This document shows, in pieces, positions 49,167 to 59,134 of a DNA stretch of 64,000 nucleotides. The notes beneath the pieces are model-generated. The model saw only the letters and a program-made list of their open reading frames with translations, did not search any database and was not told where the DNA came from. A program made the position numbers and the translations under genes. How positions within the stretch are numbered: position 1 is the stretch's first letter; each line of letters starts with the position of its first letter. Origin of the DNA: a virus; IMG/VR virus record IMGVR_UViG_3300020419_000004; one strand, given 5' to 3'.

Positions 49167-50007
49167 GACACCACTCAGATATCCTGGTGGTAAGTCTAGA
49201 GCAGTTACTAAATTGTGTCAGTGGTTGCCTAGTCGAGAGATCACAGAATATCGTGAACCCTTTCTAGGTGGTGGTAGTATGGCATTGGAAATGACCAAGA
49301 GACTACCAGAAGATGTACCCATCTGGGTCAATGATCTTTATGAACCTTTATATAATTTCTGGGTTCAGTTAAGAGATAACAGTGACTATCTTCACAGTGA
49401 ACTTACAAAGGCAAAGAACTCTCATCCAGATGAAGAGAGTTCAAGAGAATTATTTTTAGACGCAAAGGAGAAACTTAATGACAGTGAAAGATGTCAAGAA
49501 GATAGAGCAGTTGATTTTTATATCATTAATAAGTGTTCTTTCTCTGGTCTCACTGAGAGCAGTTCATTCTCAAAGGCAGCATCCCAATCTAACTTCTCCA
49601 TTAGGGGGATCGACAGGTTGCCAGAGTACAGTAAACTCATCAAGCGATGGAGAATTACTAACCTCTCCTACGAGGAACTCAACTCCGATGAGACCTTAAC
49701 GTTCATCTACTCTGATCCTCCTTATGATATTAAGGATGCTTTGTATGGACACAAAGGAGATAAGCATAGAGGATTTAATCATGCAGCATTTGCTGATAGC
49801 ATGGACAAGTGTCTATGTAATGTTATGATATCCTATAACAACCACCCTGATATTATTATGAGATTTCTTGAGTGGTGCCAGTATGACTATGATCATACTT
49901 ATACAATGAGATCTACAGGCACTTACATGTCAGATCAACAAGACCGTCGTGAATTAGTATTAACAAATTATGGGAAGTTTGGGGGTTCGTGTACTGCCAA
50001 GTGGTAA
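49153..50007 (+). CDS. dam: DNA adenine methyltransferase (Dam/D12 class)
   Basis: PLRYPGGKS, YREPFLGGGS, W.NDLY, IYSDPPY. Confidence 0.9.
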   Translation: MKQLKTPLRYPGGKSRAVTKLCQWLPSREITEYREPFLGGGSMALEMTKRLPEDVPIWVNDLYEPLYNFWVQLRDNSDYLHSELTKAKNSHPDEESSRELFLDAKEKLNDSERCQEDRAVDFYIINKCSFSGLTESSSFSKAASQSNFSIRGIDRLPEYSKLIKRWRITNLSYEELNSDETLTFIYSDPPYDIKDALYGHKGDKHRGFNHAAFADSMDKCLCNVMISYNNHPDIIMRFLEWCQYDYDHTYTMRSTGTYMSDQQDRRELVLTNYGKFGGSCTAKW

Positions 50008-50179
50008 GGCACAACTATATCATACACGTAGAGGTGCATACTCTACATTCGGTAATGATATAATGACAGCAATTATACAAGGTGGTGAGATCCACTGCAA
50101 TACAAAACAAGGTAGGACAATGATCTACAGAATCAATAATTCTGAGACAGGTGTTGTAGGACCTATCAGGGTATGGTAA
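49970..50179 (+). CDS. Hypothetical protein
   Basis: 69-aa ORF overlapping dam and gp62. Confidence 0.55.
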   Translation: MGSLGVRVLPSGKAQLYHTRRGAYSTFGNDIMTAIIQGGEIHCNTKQGRTMIYRINNSETGVVGPIRVW

Positions 50180-50565
50180 TGAAACATGAACTTAAGGACT
50201 GGTTAAACTCTGTTAACTTCAATAAAAAGGATCTCCTTGCTGATGATCCTACAGCGATATCTTCTTATCCTCCTTACATAGTTAATAGATGTTTGTCTGG
50301 TACTATGGATACCATTCTGTTTGCAAACGAGATGAATTTGAATGCACATCTTGATAAGGATATGCAATACTCTTTCTTCCTATATACTTTGAGGAAACGG
50401 AAAAGGTTTTCCCCTTGGTTGAAGAAAGAACAAGTCGATGACTTGGATCTGGTCAAAAAACACTATGGTTATAGTAACGAGAAAGCAAAGGTCGCATTAA
50501 CTCTTCTCACCAAAACCCAAATTGAAAAAATTCGTAACACACATGACATGGGAGGAAGAAGATGA
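50173..50565 (+). CDS. gp62: Clamp loader small subunit gp62
   Basis: YPPYIVNRCLS, ANEMN, QY.F...LRKRKRFSPW, YGYSNEKA. Confidence 0.93.
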   Translation: MVMKHELKDWLNSVNFNKKDLLADDPTAISSYPPYIVNRCLSGTMDTILFANEMNLNAHLDKDMQYSFFLYTLRKRKRFSPWLKKEQVDDLDLVKKHYGYSNEKAKVALTLLTKTQIEKIRNTHDMGGRR

Positions 50566-50984
50566 GTGCAATTACCGAAGAAGTCCAGTGGACTGCTGAG
50601 AGTATGGTAGAAGTCGGGTTGAAGGAACCTGATGACTTCCTTAAAGTTAGAGAAACATTAACACGTATTGGAGTAGCTTCACGCAAAGAAAAGAAGTTAT
50701 ATCAATCGTGTCACATCCTTCACAAACAGGGTAGATACTATATTGTACATTTTAAAGAACTGTTTGCTCTTGATGGAAAGAAAGCAAACTTGAGTATTAA
50801 TGATGTGCAACGTAGAAACCGTATAGTACAGTTACTCAGCGATTGGGGATTAGTATCTATCAACGCTAAAGAAGTTATAGCAGACGTAGCACCTCTAAGT
50901 CAGATCAAAGTTCTTGCATATAAAGAGAAGGGAGAATGGACATTAGAGAGTAAGTATAACATTGGCAAGAAGAAGGAGGATTAA
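50562..50984 (+). CDS. regA: Translational repressor RegA
   Basis: DDFLKVRETLTRIGVAS, LYQSCHILHKQGRYYIVHFKELFALDG. Confidence 0.97.
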   Translation: MSAITEEVQWTAESMVEVGLKEPDDFLKVRETLTRIGVASRKEKKLYQSCHILHKQGRYYIVHFKELFALDGKKANLSINDVQRRNRIVQLLSDWGLVSINAKEVIADVAPLSQIKVLAYKEKGEWTLESKYNIGKKKED

Positions 50985-51034
50985 CCGAACTTATATTTTC
51001 GGTTAATACCATTACCTTTTTTTATGGTTCGTGT

Positions 51035-51097
51035 TTAAATAATAGTGTACGCTTCGGGTACGAACACACACTCGCTTATTTAAGGAGAACTATTATG
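51035..51097 (+). promoter_or_regulatory. hsp20 leader: late-type promoter TTAAATA, cUUCGg hairpin and an SD-sequestering ROSE-like hairpin
   Basis: TTAAATA 51035-41; GTAC(G)C-TTCG-GGTAC 51047-61; CTC(G)CTT-ATTT-AAGGAG 51071-87; ATG 51095. Confidence 0.55.
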
Positions 51098-51529
51098 CGA
51101 AATTTAGCAAGATACCATGCTGCAAATCTTCCAGAACTAATGGAGAAGATTACACGCAACAGCATCGGCATGGATGAATACCTCAATCGATTCTGGGATG
51201 GAGTAGATACTACATCAAACTATCCACCATATAACATTATTGAAATTAGCAATGAAGAATCAAGATTGGAAATCGCAGCCGCTGGCTTCAAAAAAGATGA
51301 CATCAAAGTCTATACGGAGTTTGGAGAATTACATGTCCAAGGCAGCAAAGAAAAACAAGAAGATGCTGGAGAGTTTGTCCATAAAGGATTGGCCAGACGT
51401 AGCTTTAAACGGAACTGGACGATCTCCAACGATACAGAGGTTAGATCCGTCAGCTTTGACGACGGACTCCTTACCATTGTATTGGGAAAGGTAGTTCCAG
51501 ACCATCATAAAAGAGTAGATTACATCTAA
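51095..51529 (+). CDS. hsp20: Small heat shock protein Hsp20
   Basis: NYPPYNI, LEIAAAGF, HKGLARRSF.R.W, DGLLTI.L. Confidence 0.95.
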   Translation: MRNLARYHAANLPELMEKITRNSIGMDEYLNRFWDGVDTTSNYPPYNIIEISNEESRLEIAAAGFKKDDIKVYTEFGELHVQGSKEKQEDAGEFVHKGLARRSFKRNWTISNDTEVRSVSFDDGLLTIVLGKVVPDHHKRVDYI

Positions 51530-51543
51530 CTACATAGGAGGGG

Positions 51544-51572
51544 TTGACAAATGTCTATCCCTCCTTTATAAT
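51544..51572 (+). promoter_or_regulatory. Consensus sigma70 promoter
   Basis: TTGACA-N17-TATAAT, lying within an imperfect hairpin (51536-51565). Confidence 0.8.
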
Positions 51573-51593
51573 ATTTACATAAGTGTATTTGAA

Positions 51594-51986
51594 ATGGCAA
51601 AGAAGAAAGACCCCATTAACGTAACTCCACAAGGAGAGAACAATACTTTGATTAATCCTGATAGGATTAAGATTGTTGTTTTGTTTAATGGTGACAATGT
51701 GATTACAGACTTACAAGAAGCAGTCGATAAAACTAGTAACGTACGTCAAGCATATATTTTTAATTTCCCTTACAAGGTTGAATATGAGAGACCTAGTACT
51801 AAGGGAACTACTGGTCTGATAGAAGACCCAGAGGTAAAAGTGCATTACTCTCCATGGTGTCCTCTATCAACAGAGACTAAAATTGCAATCAATCATAATA
51901 TGGTTGTAACTATTTTAGAACCAGTACCAAGTCTTAGAGAAACCTATATGACGAATGTACGTCAGATGGGTGGTTCAATAGCATGA
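51594..51986 (+). CDS. Conserved hypothetical protein (Sm-like fold predicted)
   Basis: IKIVVLFNGDNVI...P..V...PWCPLS....I....VVTILEP pattern. Confidence 0.6.
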   Translation: MAKKKDPINVTPQGENNTLINPDRIKIVVLFNGDNVITDLQEAVDKTSNVRQAYIFNFPYKVEYERPSTKGTTGLIEDPEVKVHYSPWCPLSTETKIAINHNMVVTILEPVPSLRETYMTNVRQMGGSIA

Positions 51987-52465
51987 GCGTAAAGCTTTTA
52001 TTATTAAAGTCAGGTGAAGAGGTCATAACTGAAGTACAAGAGGTCTTTGATCCTGAGACTAAAGAACCTGTTGGGTTTAAATTGCACAAACCTTTTAGAT
52101 TAGATATTGTATCTGATGCTGAGGGTGGTATTGTACTTGACAGAACTAAAGGTTATCAGGTATCATGGTTTCCATGGGCACCCTTAAGTAAGGATAGAGA
52201 TTTTTTTCTACCTGGTTACCATGTATTGACAGCATATGATCCATTGGATAGTATTGCTGAACAGTATGTCAATGCTATTAAAGAAGAAATCTACAATGAA
52301 AACTTCAAGAAACATGAAGATGCCATTGCAGGTGGATTTGATGATGACTTAGACATGGAAGACATCTTTAAAGAAGCAGAAAAATTATTGGAGGATGATG
52401 ATGGAAGTGATGGTAGTGATCCTGAGATCGGGAATACACCTGATATCCAAAGTGGAACAACTTGA
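51983..52465 (+). CDS. Conserved hypothetical protein (Sm-like fold predicted)
   Basis: KLLLLKSGEEVI, KPF, PWAPLS, YDP pattern. Confidence 0.6.
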   Translation: MSVKLLLLKSGEEVITEVQEVFDPETKEPVGFKLHKPFRLDIVSDAEGGIVLDRTKGYQVSWFPWAPLSKDRDFFLPGYHVLTAYDPLDSIAEQYVNAIKEEIYNENFKKHEDAIAGGFDDDLDMEDIFKEAEKLLEDDDGSDGSDPEIGNTPDIQSGTT

Positions 52466-52640
52466 CGAGGAACCTAATTGTCATCTAGAAGATCCTTATC
52501 TTATTAAGGATGATGGCACTTTGGAACCTTGGCCACGTTACACAACAGATACAGACGTGTTGCTTTATTCTGAAACTCTTGCTACAATAGTAGAACCTAC
52601 AAACGAAATCAAAAAGAAATACGAGATCGTTACTAAATGA
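52395..52640 (+). CDS. Conserved hypothetical protein (Sm-like fold predicted)
   Basis: VILRSGIHLIS...L.DPY...L.PWP...LLYS...TIVEP; coupled to gp43 (ATGA). Confidence 0.6.
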   Translation: MMMEVMVVILRSGIHLISKVEQLDEEPNCHLEDPYLIKDDGTLEPWPRYTTDTDVLLYSETLATIVEPTNEIKKKYEIVTK

Positions 52641-55126
52641 GTTTCTATACAAACGTTCAAATGGTTGGCGACAACTTACTATACTTGGGGTACGAGAATG
52701 GACAACGTATCCAAAGGAAGTTTAAGTTTTCTCCAACACTTTTTATTGTCACAGAAAAAAAGACAAAGCATAAAACTTTGGATGGTAGGTATGCCAAACC
52801 TATACAGTTTGGGTCTATCAGGGAAGCTCGTGCTTTCCGAGAGAAGTATGCTGATGTAGAAAATTTCGAGGTTCATGGTTATGACAGGTATCTCTATCAA
52901 TTCATCTCGAAAGAGTTTCCGAAAGAAATTGATTACGACCTTAAAAGTCTTAAGATTACATCTCTTGATATCGAGGTGGCATGTGAAAATGGCTTTCCTA
53001 ACGTGCAGGAATGCTCGCAACCTCTTCTTAGCATTACAGTACAAGACCATATCAGTCGTAAGATCAAAGTATGGGGTACCAAACCGTATACAAATAATAG
53101 AGATGACGTTGAGTACATATTGTGTGACGGTGAAGAACATCTTCTCCGTGGTTTTCTTCACTATTGGACTACTAATTTCCCAGATATTCTTACGGGGTGG
53201 AACGTAGAACTTTATGACGTACCTTACATATGTGGTAGACTAGAACGTCTCTTCGGTGAGAAAGAAATGAAGCAGATATCTCCATGGGGTATCGTGCACA
53301 GAGAAGAGATGGAAATAAAAGGTCGTCAACAAATACTGTACAACATGTATGGAATTAATGTCGTAGATTATCTTGATCTCTATAAGAAATTTACTTATAC
53401 AAATCAAGAATCATATCGTCTAGACCACATTGCCTTTGTTGAATTGGGTCAAAGAAAATTAGACCACAATGAGTTTGAAAACTTCAAGGACTTCTACACG
53501 AAGGACTGGCAAAAGTTTATTGACTACAACATCCTTGACGTGGAACTTGTGACACGTTTAGAAGATAAGATGAAGTTGATAGAACTTGCCATTGCTCTCG
53601 CATATGATGCTAAGGTAAATATAAGAGATGTATATTATCAGGTGAGGATGTGGGACACCATCATCTATAATTTTCTCAAAGAGAAAGGTGTAGTTGTACC
53701 ACCTGCAAAGCGATCAAACAAGAATGAAAAGTACGAAGGTGCATATGTTAAAGAACCGAAACCAGGACGCTATAATTGGGTGGTCAATTTTGACCTCAAC
53801 AGTCTGTATCCTCATCTTATTATGCAGTATAATATCTCACCCGAAACTCTCTGTGAGAGCAGACATCCATCGGCAAGCGTTGAGGGGTTACTGGGGAAGC
53901 GTTGCGAAATAGATGGGAAATATTCTGTAGCACCTAATGGTGCACAGTATCGTAAAGATATACATGGTTTTCTACCAGAAATTATGGAGAAGATCTATAC
54001 TGAACGTGTCGTTTATAAGAAGAAAATGATACAGGCAAAGGATGAGTATGAAAGAAACCCATCTGCCAAATTAGAAAAGGATATTAGTAAATTTAATAAC
54101 ATACAAATGGCACGTAAGATCCAATTGAATAGTGCCTATGGTGCCATTGGAAATCAATACTTCAGATATTATAATCTACGTAATGCTGAAGCGATTACTT
54201 ATGGTGGTCAGTTCAGCATTCGTTGGATTGAAAACAAAATGAACATATACCTTAACAAGGTATTGAAAACTGAAGGAGAAGATTATGTTATTGCTAGTGA
54301 CACTGATAGTATCTACCTCAATATGGGTCCTCTGGTCGAGACTGTATACAAGGGAAGAGAAAAAACTGATGAGAGCGTTGTCACGTTCCTTAATAAGGTC
54401 AGTGAAATGGAACTTGAACCTTATATTGAGGGTGCTTACAAAGAATTGGCAGAGTACGTAAGTGCGTATGAGCAGAAGATGATCATGAAACGAGAGAACA
54501 TTGCATCATCAGGTATCTGGACAGCAAAGAAAAGATATATGCTCAACGTATGGGACAGTGAAGGTGTACGATACAACAAACCTAAGCTTAAGATGATGGG
54601 TATCGAAGCTGTTAAATCTTCTACACCTGCACCATGCCGAACTGCTATTAAAGATGCCATTAATATCATGATGAGTGGTACAGAAAAGGATTTAATATCG
54701 TTTATAGATACTTTCAAGACTGAATTCAATTTATTACCACCTGAAGATATAGCATTTCCTAGGTCGGTCAATGGACTACGCAAATTCAAAGCGTCAGGAA
54801 CCGTGTATACAAAGGGCACCCCTTTACATGTTCGTGGAACTTTGCTTTATAATTTTTATATCGCAAAGAACAAGCTCGAATACAAGTACCCCCTCGTACA
54901 AGAGGGTGAGAAAATAAAATACCTTTACCTACGCAGACCAAACAAAATCAGTAATGAGAACGTAATCTCTTTCCTTAATACATTCCCTCGTGAACTGGGA
55001 GTGGAAGGGCAGATAGATCGTGATGCCCAATTTAAAAAAGCTTTCCTAGACCCTTTACGTATCATCACAAATGTGATAGGATGGGAAACAGAGAAAGTAT
55101 CTAACCTTGAATTTTTATTTGCATGA
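52637..55126 (+). CDS. gp43: Family B DNA polymerase gp43
   Basis: Exo motifs LDIEV, GWN..YD, YNILD; polymerase motifs [26 protein letters not shown]. Confidence 0.98.
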   Translation: MSFYTNVQMVGDNLLYLGYENGQRIQRKFKFSPTLFIVTEKKTKHKTLDGRYAKPIQFGSIREARAFREKYADVENFEVHGYDRYLYQFISKEFPKEIDYDLKSLKITSLDIEVACENGFPNVQECSQPLLSITVQDHISRKIKVWGTKPYTNNRDDVEYILCDGEEHLLRGFLHYWTTNFPDILTGWNVELYDVPYICGRLERLFGEKEMKQISPWGIVHREEMEIKGRQQILYNMYGINVVDYLDLYKKFTYTNQESYRLDHIAFVELGQRKLDHNEFENFKDFYTKDWQKFIDYNILDVELVTRLEDKMKLIELAIALAYDAKVNIRDVYYQVRMWDTIIYNFLKEKGVVVPPAKRSNKNEKYEGAYVKEPKPGRYNWVVNFDLNSLYPHLIMQYNISPETLCESRHPSASVEGLLGKRCEIDGKYSVAPNGAQYRKDIHGFLPEIMEKIYTERVVYKKKMIQAKDEYERNPSAKLEKDISKFNNIQMARKIQLNSAYGAIGNQYFRYYNLRNAEAITYGGQFSIRWIENKMNIYLNKVLKTEGEDYVIASDTDSIYLNMGPLVETVYKGREKTDESVVTFLNKVSEMELEPYIEGAYKELAEYVSAYEQKMIMKRENIASSGIWTAKKRYMLNVWDSEGVRYNKPKLKMMGIEAVKSSTPAPCRTAIKDAINIMMSGTEKDLISFIDTFKTEFNLLPPEDIAFPRSVNGLRKFKASGTVYTKGTPLHVRGTLLYNFYIAKNKLEYKYPLVQEGEKIKYLYLRRPNKISNENVISFLNTFPRELGVEGQIDRDAQFKKAFLDPLRIITNVIGWETEKVSNLEFLFA

Positions 55127-56148
55127 CTTCATCATTTTTAAAAAGCATTGTCAAAGAGATTGACAATGAATACGCAGGATTATTATCAGAAGGTGGTGTC
55201 GGTGACATTGAATCTTTTGTAGACACAGGATCATATATTTTTAATGCTCTTTGTAGTGGTAGCATCTATGGTGGTGTGCCAAGTAATAAAATTACTGCAC
55301 TAGCAGGTGAGAGTGGTACAGGTAAAACATTCTTTTGTCTTGGTGTAGTCCAGAGTTATCTAAAAGATAATCCAGATGCAGGTGTAGTTTACTTTGAGAG
55401 TGAGGCTGCAGTCACTAAACAGATGATTGATGAACGTGGTATAGATGGACAACGTATGATACTAGTTCCTGTCACCACAGTTCAAGAGTTTAGAACACAA
55501 GCAATCCAGATCTTAGATAAATATCTTGCATTAGACATAAAGGATCGCAAACCTATGATGTTTGTGTTAGATTCTTTAGGAATGCTTTCAACATCTAAAG
55601 AACTAGCAGACAGTGCCGAGGGTAAAGACACTCGTGACATGACTAGAGCACAAGTTGTTAAGGCAATATTCAGAATTCTCACTTTAAAATTAGGAAAAGC
55701 AAATGTCCCCTTACTGGTTACAAATCACACATACGATGTCGTTGGTGCCTATGTTCCAACTAAAGAAATGGGTGGAGGTAGTGGACTTAAATACGCTGCG
55801 AGTACAATCATATACTTATCAAAGAAAAAGGAGAAAGATGGAAAGGAAGTTATTGGAAACATTGTCAAAGCAAAGGCTGCTAAGTCGCGTCTAACTGTAG
55901 AGAATTCAATAGTAGAGACGAGGTTATATTTTGATGCACGTGGACTTGACAAATATTACGGGTTACTGGAACTGGGTGAGAAGTATGGAGTTTTTGAACG
56001 TAAGGGAAACCGTGTTGTTGTTGGGGAGTCTAGCGTCTATCCTTCTGCTATTCTCAAGGATCCTGACAAGTACTTCACAGGAGAAATAATGGAGAAACTT
56101 GACTGGGCAGCAGGTCAAGAGTTTTTATATGGCAAGGAGAAAGTATAA
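55123..56148 (+). CDS. uvsX: RecA-like recombinase UvsX
   Basis: [44 protein letters not shown]. Confidence 0.96.
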   Translation: MTSSFLKSIVKEIDNEYAGLLSEGGVGDIESFVDTGSYIFNALCSGSIYGGVPSNKITALAGESGTGKTFFCLGVVQSYLKDNPDAGVVYFESEAAVTKQMIDERGIDGQRMILVPVTTVQEFRTQAIQILDKYLALDIKDRKPMMFVLDSLGMLSTSKELADSAEGKDTRDMTRAQVVKAIFRILTLKLGKANVPLLVTNHTYDVVGAYVPTKEMGGGSGLKYAASTIIYLSKKKEKDGKEVIGNIVKAKAAKSRLTVENSIVETRLYFDARGLDKYYGLLELGEKYGVFERKGNRVVVGESSVYPSAILKDPDKYFTGEIMEKLDWAAGQEFLYGKEKV

Positions 56149-56798
56149 TGTTTCCAGGATTAGAACCACCCTCTCTTGACATCAATGATTATAAGAAGAC
56201 TGTAAAAAAGAGTTCAGATATTAAAGTACTATTTCCTTCTCTCGTATTCCAAGCAAAGGTAGAGGGATTTGAACCTATCCAAGATGAACTAATTGGGTAT
56301 TCTTATGGGGAAAGAGGTAGAGATCCAGAAGGTGCATCAGCAACTAATATAAATGGTTGGCAATCTAAAAATAATTACCACGAAAAGCAATCAACTCTCC
56401 TAGATGTACTAGCAAGAGGTCTATCTAGCATTGGTGGATTTAGAGATGGATTTGGTTTGAAGATGACAGGTATGTGGATCAATATTAATCCACCAGGTTC
56501 ACTTAATAATGGACATACTCATCCCAATTGTGATCTTTCGGGTGTTATGTGGATTAAATCTCAACCTGAGTGTGGCAAGATAGAATTTGAAAATCCAAAT
56601 TACTATAGTCATCCTAACATAGCAGGTTATTCTAATGAATTGATAGAAAATACAGATATATTTCCTGCATATGATTTTGCACCTCAAGATGGTGAGATAT
56701 TATTGTTCCCATCTTACCTCAGACATGGTGTACACGTGAATAATTCTAAGGAAGATAGGATATCTGTCGCATTTAACTGTAATTTGGTGCAAGCATGA
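56148..56798 (+). CDS. Putative 2OG-Fe(II) oxygenase (TIGR02466-like)
   Basis: MWININ, GHTHPNCDLSGV.W, G.ILLFPSYL.HGV, RISVAFN. Confidence 0.8.
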   Translation: MFPGLEPPSLDINDYKKTVKKSSDIKVLFPSLVFQAKVEGFEPIQDELIGYSYGERGRDPEGASATNINGWQSKNNYHEKQSTLLDVLARGLSSIGGFRDGFGLKMTGMWININPPGSLNNGHTHPNCDLSGVMWIKSQPECGKIEFENPNYYSHPNIAGYSNELIENTDIFPAYDFAPQDGEILLFPSYLRHGVHVNNSKEDRISVAFNCNLVQA

Positions 56799-57373
56799 GA
56801 GACGATTTATTTGCCATCCCTGTTAGAAAATATAACGTTGACAATAATCAACAGTTTATTGATTATGTCTCTAATATATGGAAGGAAGAGAGGTTAAGAG
56901 TACCTTCTCCTTTCTTGTTTAGTGTCAGAGAATTTGGGTACAACCTAACTCAGATATACACTGACCTATTAGAGCAATTTCTTACTGATATTGAGTGTTT
57001 TGACACGCATTCAATTACTATGGATGCAATTATACTTAAGGTGTTAGAGAAGGGGGAGAGTACTGATAGATTTGATACCCTACCCAGTCACTATACTCTA
57101 ATACATTACGTTGATGTGGTTGACGGTGGAGCATCAGACACACTACATCATCCTGCAAGACAACCAATGAATGCATTCAAGCCAGCACACATTGATGAAT
57201 GGCAAGATGCAGCAGGGTTGTATATTAATAAAGGTGATGCTATAATATATCCATCCTTCATGGAGCATAGTTCTCCTGTCCAGAAGGAAACTAGAATGAC
57301 AATCACAGTCCCACTAATACTAAAACTGAATGAACAAGGTAGAGAATCTAATATTAAAGAACCTACTGCTTGA
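56795..57373 (+). CDS. TIGR02466-like oxygenase homolog with degenerate proximal metal ligands
   Basis: LFAIPV start, GDAIIYPSFMEHS, RMTI; FDTLPSH occupies the usual H-x-H position. Confidence 0.55.
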   Translation: MRDDLFAIPVRKYNVDNNQQFIDYVSNIWKEERLRVPSPFLFSVREFGYNLTQIYTDLLEQFLTDIECFDTHSITMDAIILKVLEKGESTDRFDTLPSHYTLIHYVDVVDGGASDTLHHPARQPMNAFKPAHIDEWQDAAGLYINKGDAIIYPSFMEHSSPVQKETRMTITVPLILKLNEQGRESNIKEPTA

Positions 57374-58703
57374 TGAGGTCTATGTCCGTAAGGCATTACC
57401 TTTTATTAAGGGAGAGTATTTTGCTGACTTATTAGAGAAGAACTTATTTGATATTATATCTAAATACTTCTCACAGTACAACGCTTTACCTACTAAGGAA
57501 GCACTAGAAATTGAAGTTGGTCAGTTAGATAGTATATCTGATGAGCAGCATCAAAATATTGTAAAATTAATTAGGGATATAGATGATGAAAAATCTGATC
57601 CTGACTGGATTGTAGACACCACAGAGAAATGGTGCAAAGAACGTGCAATTTATCTTGCACTAATGGAGAGTATTAAGATAGCAGAAGGCAATGATGACAA
57701 ACAAAGTCCCACTGCTATACCTAGTATACTTTCTGAAGCCTTAGGGGTTAGTTTCGACAACCACATAGGACATGATTACCTACAAGATTACGAAGAACGA
57801 TACGAGTTCTACCATAAAACTGAAGATAAGATACCTTTCGATCTGGAATTCTTCAACAAGATTACGAAAGGTGGTCTACCTAATAAAACTCTCAACATTG
57901 CTCTTGCAGGCACTGGTGTGGGGAAGTCTTTGTTCATGTGCCATGTTGCTAGTGCTGCTCTTCTCCAAGGTAAAGATGTCCTGTACATCACTCTTGAGAT
58001 GGCAGAGGAAAAAATAGCAGAAAGAATAGATAGTAACCTTCTAAACTGTGATATACAGAACTTGAACCAACTACCCAAGTTGATGTTCGACAATAAGATT
58101 ACAGCATTGAGTAAGAAAACTGAAGGTAAGTTGATCGTTAAGGAATATCCTACAGCATCAGCACATTGTGGTCATTTCAAGTCATTACTCAATGAGTTAG
58201 CCTTGAAAAAATCATTCAAACCTGATATAATATTCATAGACTACCTCAATATATGCTCATCATCAAGGTATCGAGCAGCAAGTAATGTCAACTCGTATTC
58301 CTACATCAAGGCAATCGCAGAAGAACTTAGAGGACTTGCAGTCGAAGCAAACTTACCTATCGTATCTGCTACTCAGACCACTCGTTCTGGTTTTGCTAGT
58401 AGTGATATTGATCTCACCGATACAAGTGAGTCATTTGGTTTACCTGCTACTGCTGACCTTATGTTTGCTCTTATCTCTTCCGAAGAGTTGGAAGGATTAG
58501 GACAGATAATGGTTAAGCAATTGAAAAATAGATACAATGATCCTACTGTGAACAAACGTTTCGTGGTGGGTATTGACAGAGCTAAGATGAGGTTGTATGA
58601 TGTAGAGCAAAGTGCTCAACAAAACTTGTCCGACTCTGGACAAGAGGACATGGAGAAAGTTCAAGAGAATTTATCTAAGAAATTTGCCAGTCTGAAAGTA
58701 TAA
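57330..58703 (+). CDS. gp41: Replicative helicase gp41
   Basis: LAGTGVGKS, YITLEMAE, IKEYPT, IDYLNI, ATQTTR, SESFGLPATAD, QLKNRY. Confidence 0.97.
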   Translation: MNKVENLILKNLLLDEVYVRKALPFIKGEYFADLLEKNLFDIISKYFSQYNALPTKEALEIEVGQLDSISDEQHQNIVKLIRDIDDEKSDPDWIVDTTEKWCKERAIYLALMESIKIAEGNDDKQSPTAIPSILSEALGVSFDNHIGHDYLQDYEERYEFYHKTEDKIPFDLEFFNKITKGGLPNKTLNIALAGTGVGKSLFMCHVASAALLQGKDVLYITLEMAEEKIAERIDSNLLNCDIQNLNQLPKLMFDNKITALSKKTEGKLIVKEYPTASAHCGHFKSLLNELALKKSFKPDIIFIDYLNICSSSRYRAASNVNSYSYIKAIAEELRGLAVEANLPIVSATQTTRSGFASSDIDLTDTSESFGLPATADLMFALISSEELEGLGQIMVKQLKNRYNDPTVNKRFVVGIDRAKMRLYDVEQSAQQNLSDSGQEDMEKVQENLSKKFASLKV

Positions 58704-58729
58704 TACATACATTTGATAAAGAATTTACT

Positions 58730-59134
58730 ATGACAATAGATTTTGATAAGTACAGTCATTTCGTGGATACTGTCACAAGCGATAGTTCTAAAGATTTTGT
58801 CTATCTTGCTGATCGTTTGGTTGAACTTGACCAAAAGGGTGCCAATATTGAACGCCTTACCACTGCTGGCGTTGGGCTTGCTGCTGAGTCTGGAGAGTTC
58901 TTGGAGATCGTTAAGAAGATGGTCTTCCAAGGAAAGCCATGGAACGATGATAATAGAAAGCATCTTATTATTGAGTTGGGTGACGTTATGTGGTACGTGG
59001 CACAAGCTTGCATGGCTCTGGACATCAGTTTTGATGAGGTAATTGAAGGTAATATTAAGAAATTAGAGAAGAGATATCCTGGCGGTAAGTTTGATATCAA
59101 TTACTCCGAAGTTCGTGCAGAAGACGACCTCTAA
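58730..59134 (+). CDS. mazG: MazG-like nucleotide pyrophosphohydrolase
   Basis: GLAAESGEFLEIVKK, ELGDVMWY, N..KLEKRYP. Confidence 0.92.
   Translation: MTIDFDKYSHFVDTVTSDSSKDFVYLADRLVELDQKGANIERLTTAGVGLAAESGEFLEIVKKMVFQGKPWNDDNRKHLIIELGDVMWYVAQACMALDISFDEVIEGNIKKLEKRYPGGKFDINYSEVRAEDDL

Noticed and set aside
50981-51006. CIRCE element before hsp20
   Set aside because: Arms do not match TTAGCACTC-N9-GAGTGCTAA; kept only as an unassigned inverted repeat.
52395-52465. 71-nt overlap as a programmed frameshift fusing two Sm-like ORFs
   Set aside because: No slippery heptamer seen; several in-frame ATGs (52395-52410) with upstream GGAGG support independent initiation.
23426-58703. Inteins, introns or homing endonucleases in gp17, gp23, uvsW, gp46, gp43, uvsX or gp41
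   Set aside because: All have uninterrupted, normal-length reading frames with contiguous motifs; no LAGLIDADG, HNH or GIY-YIG motifs noticed.
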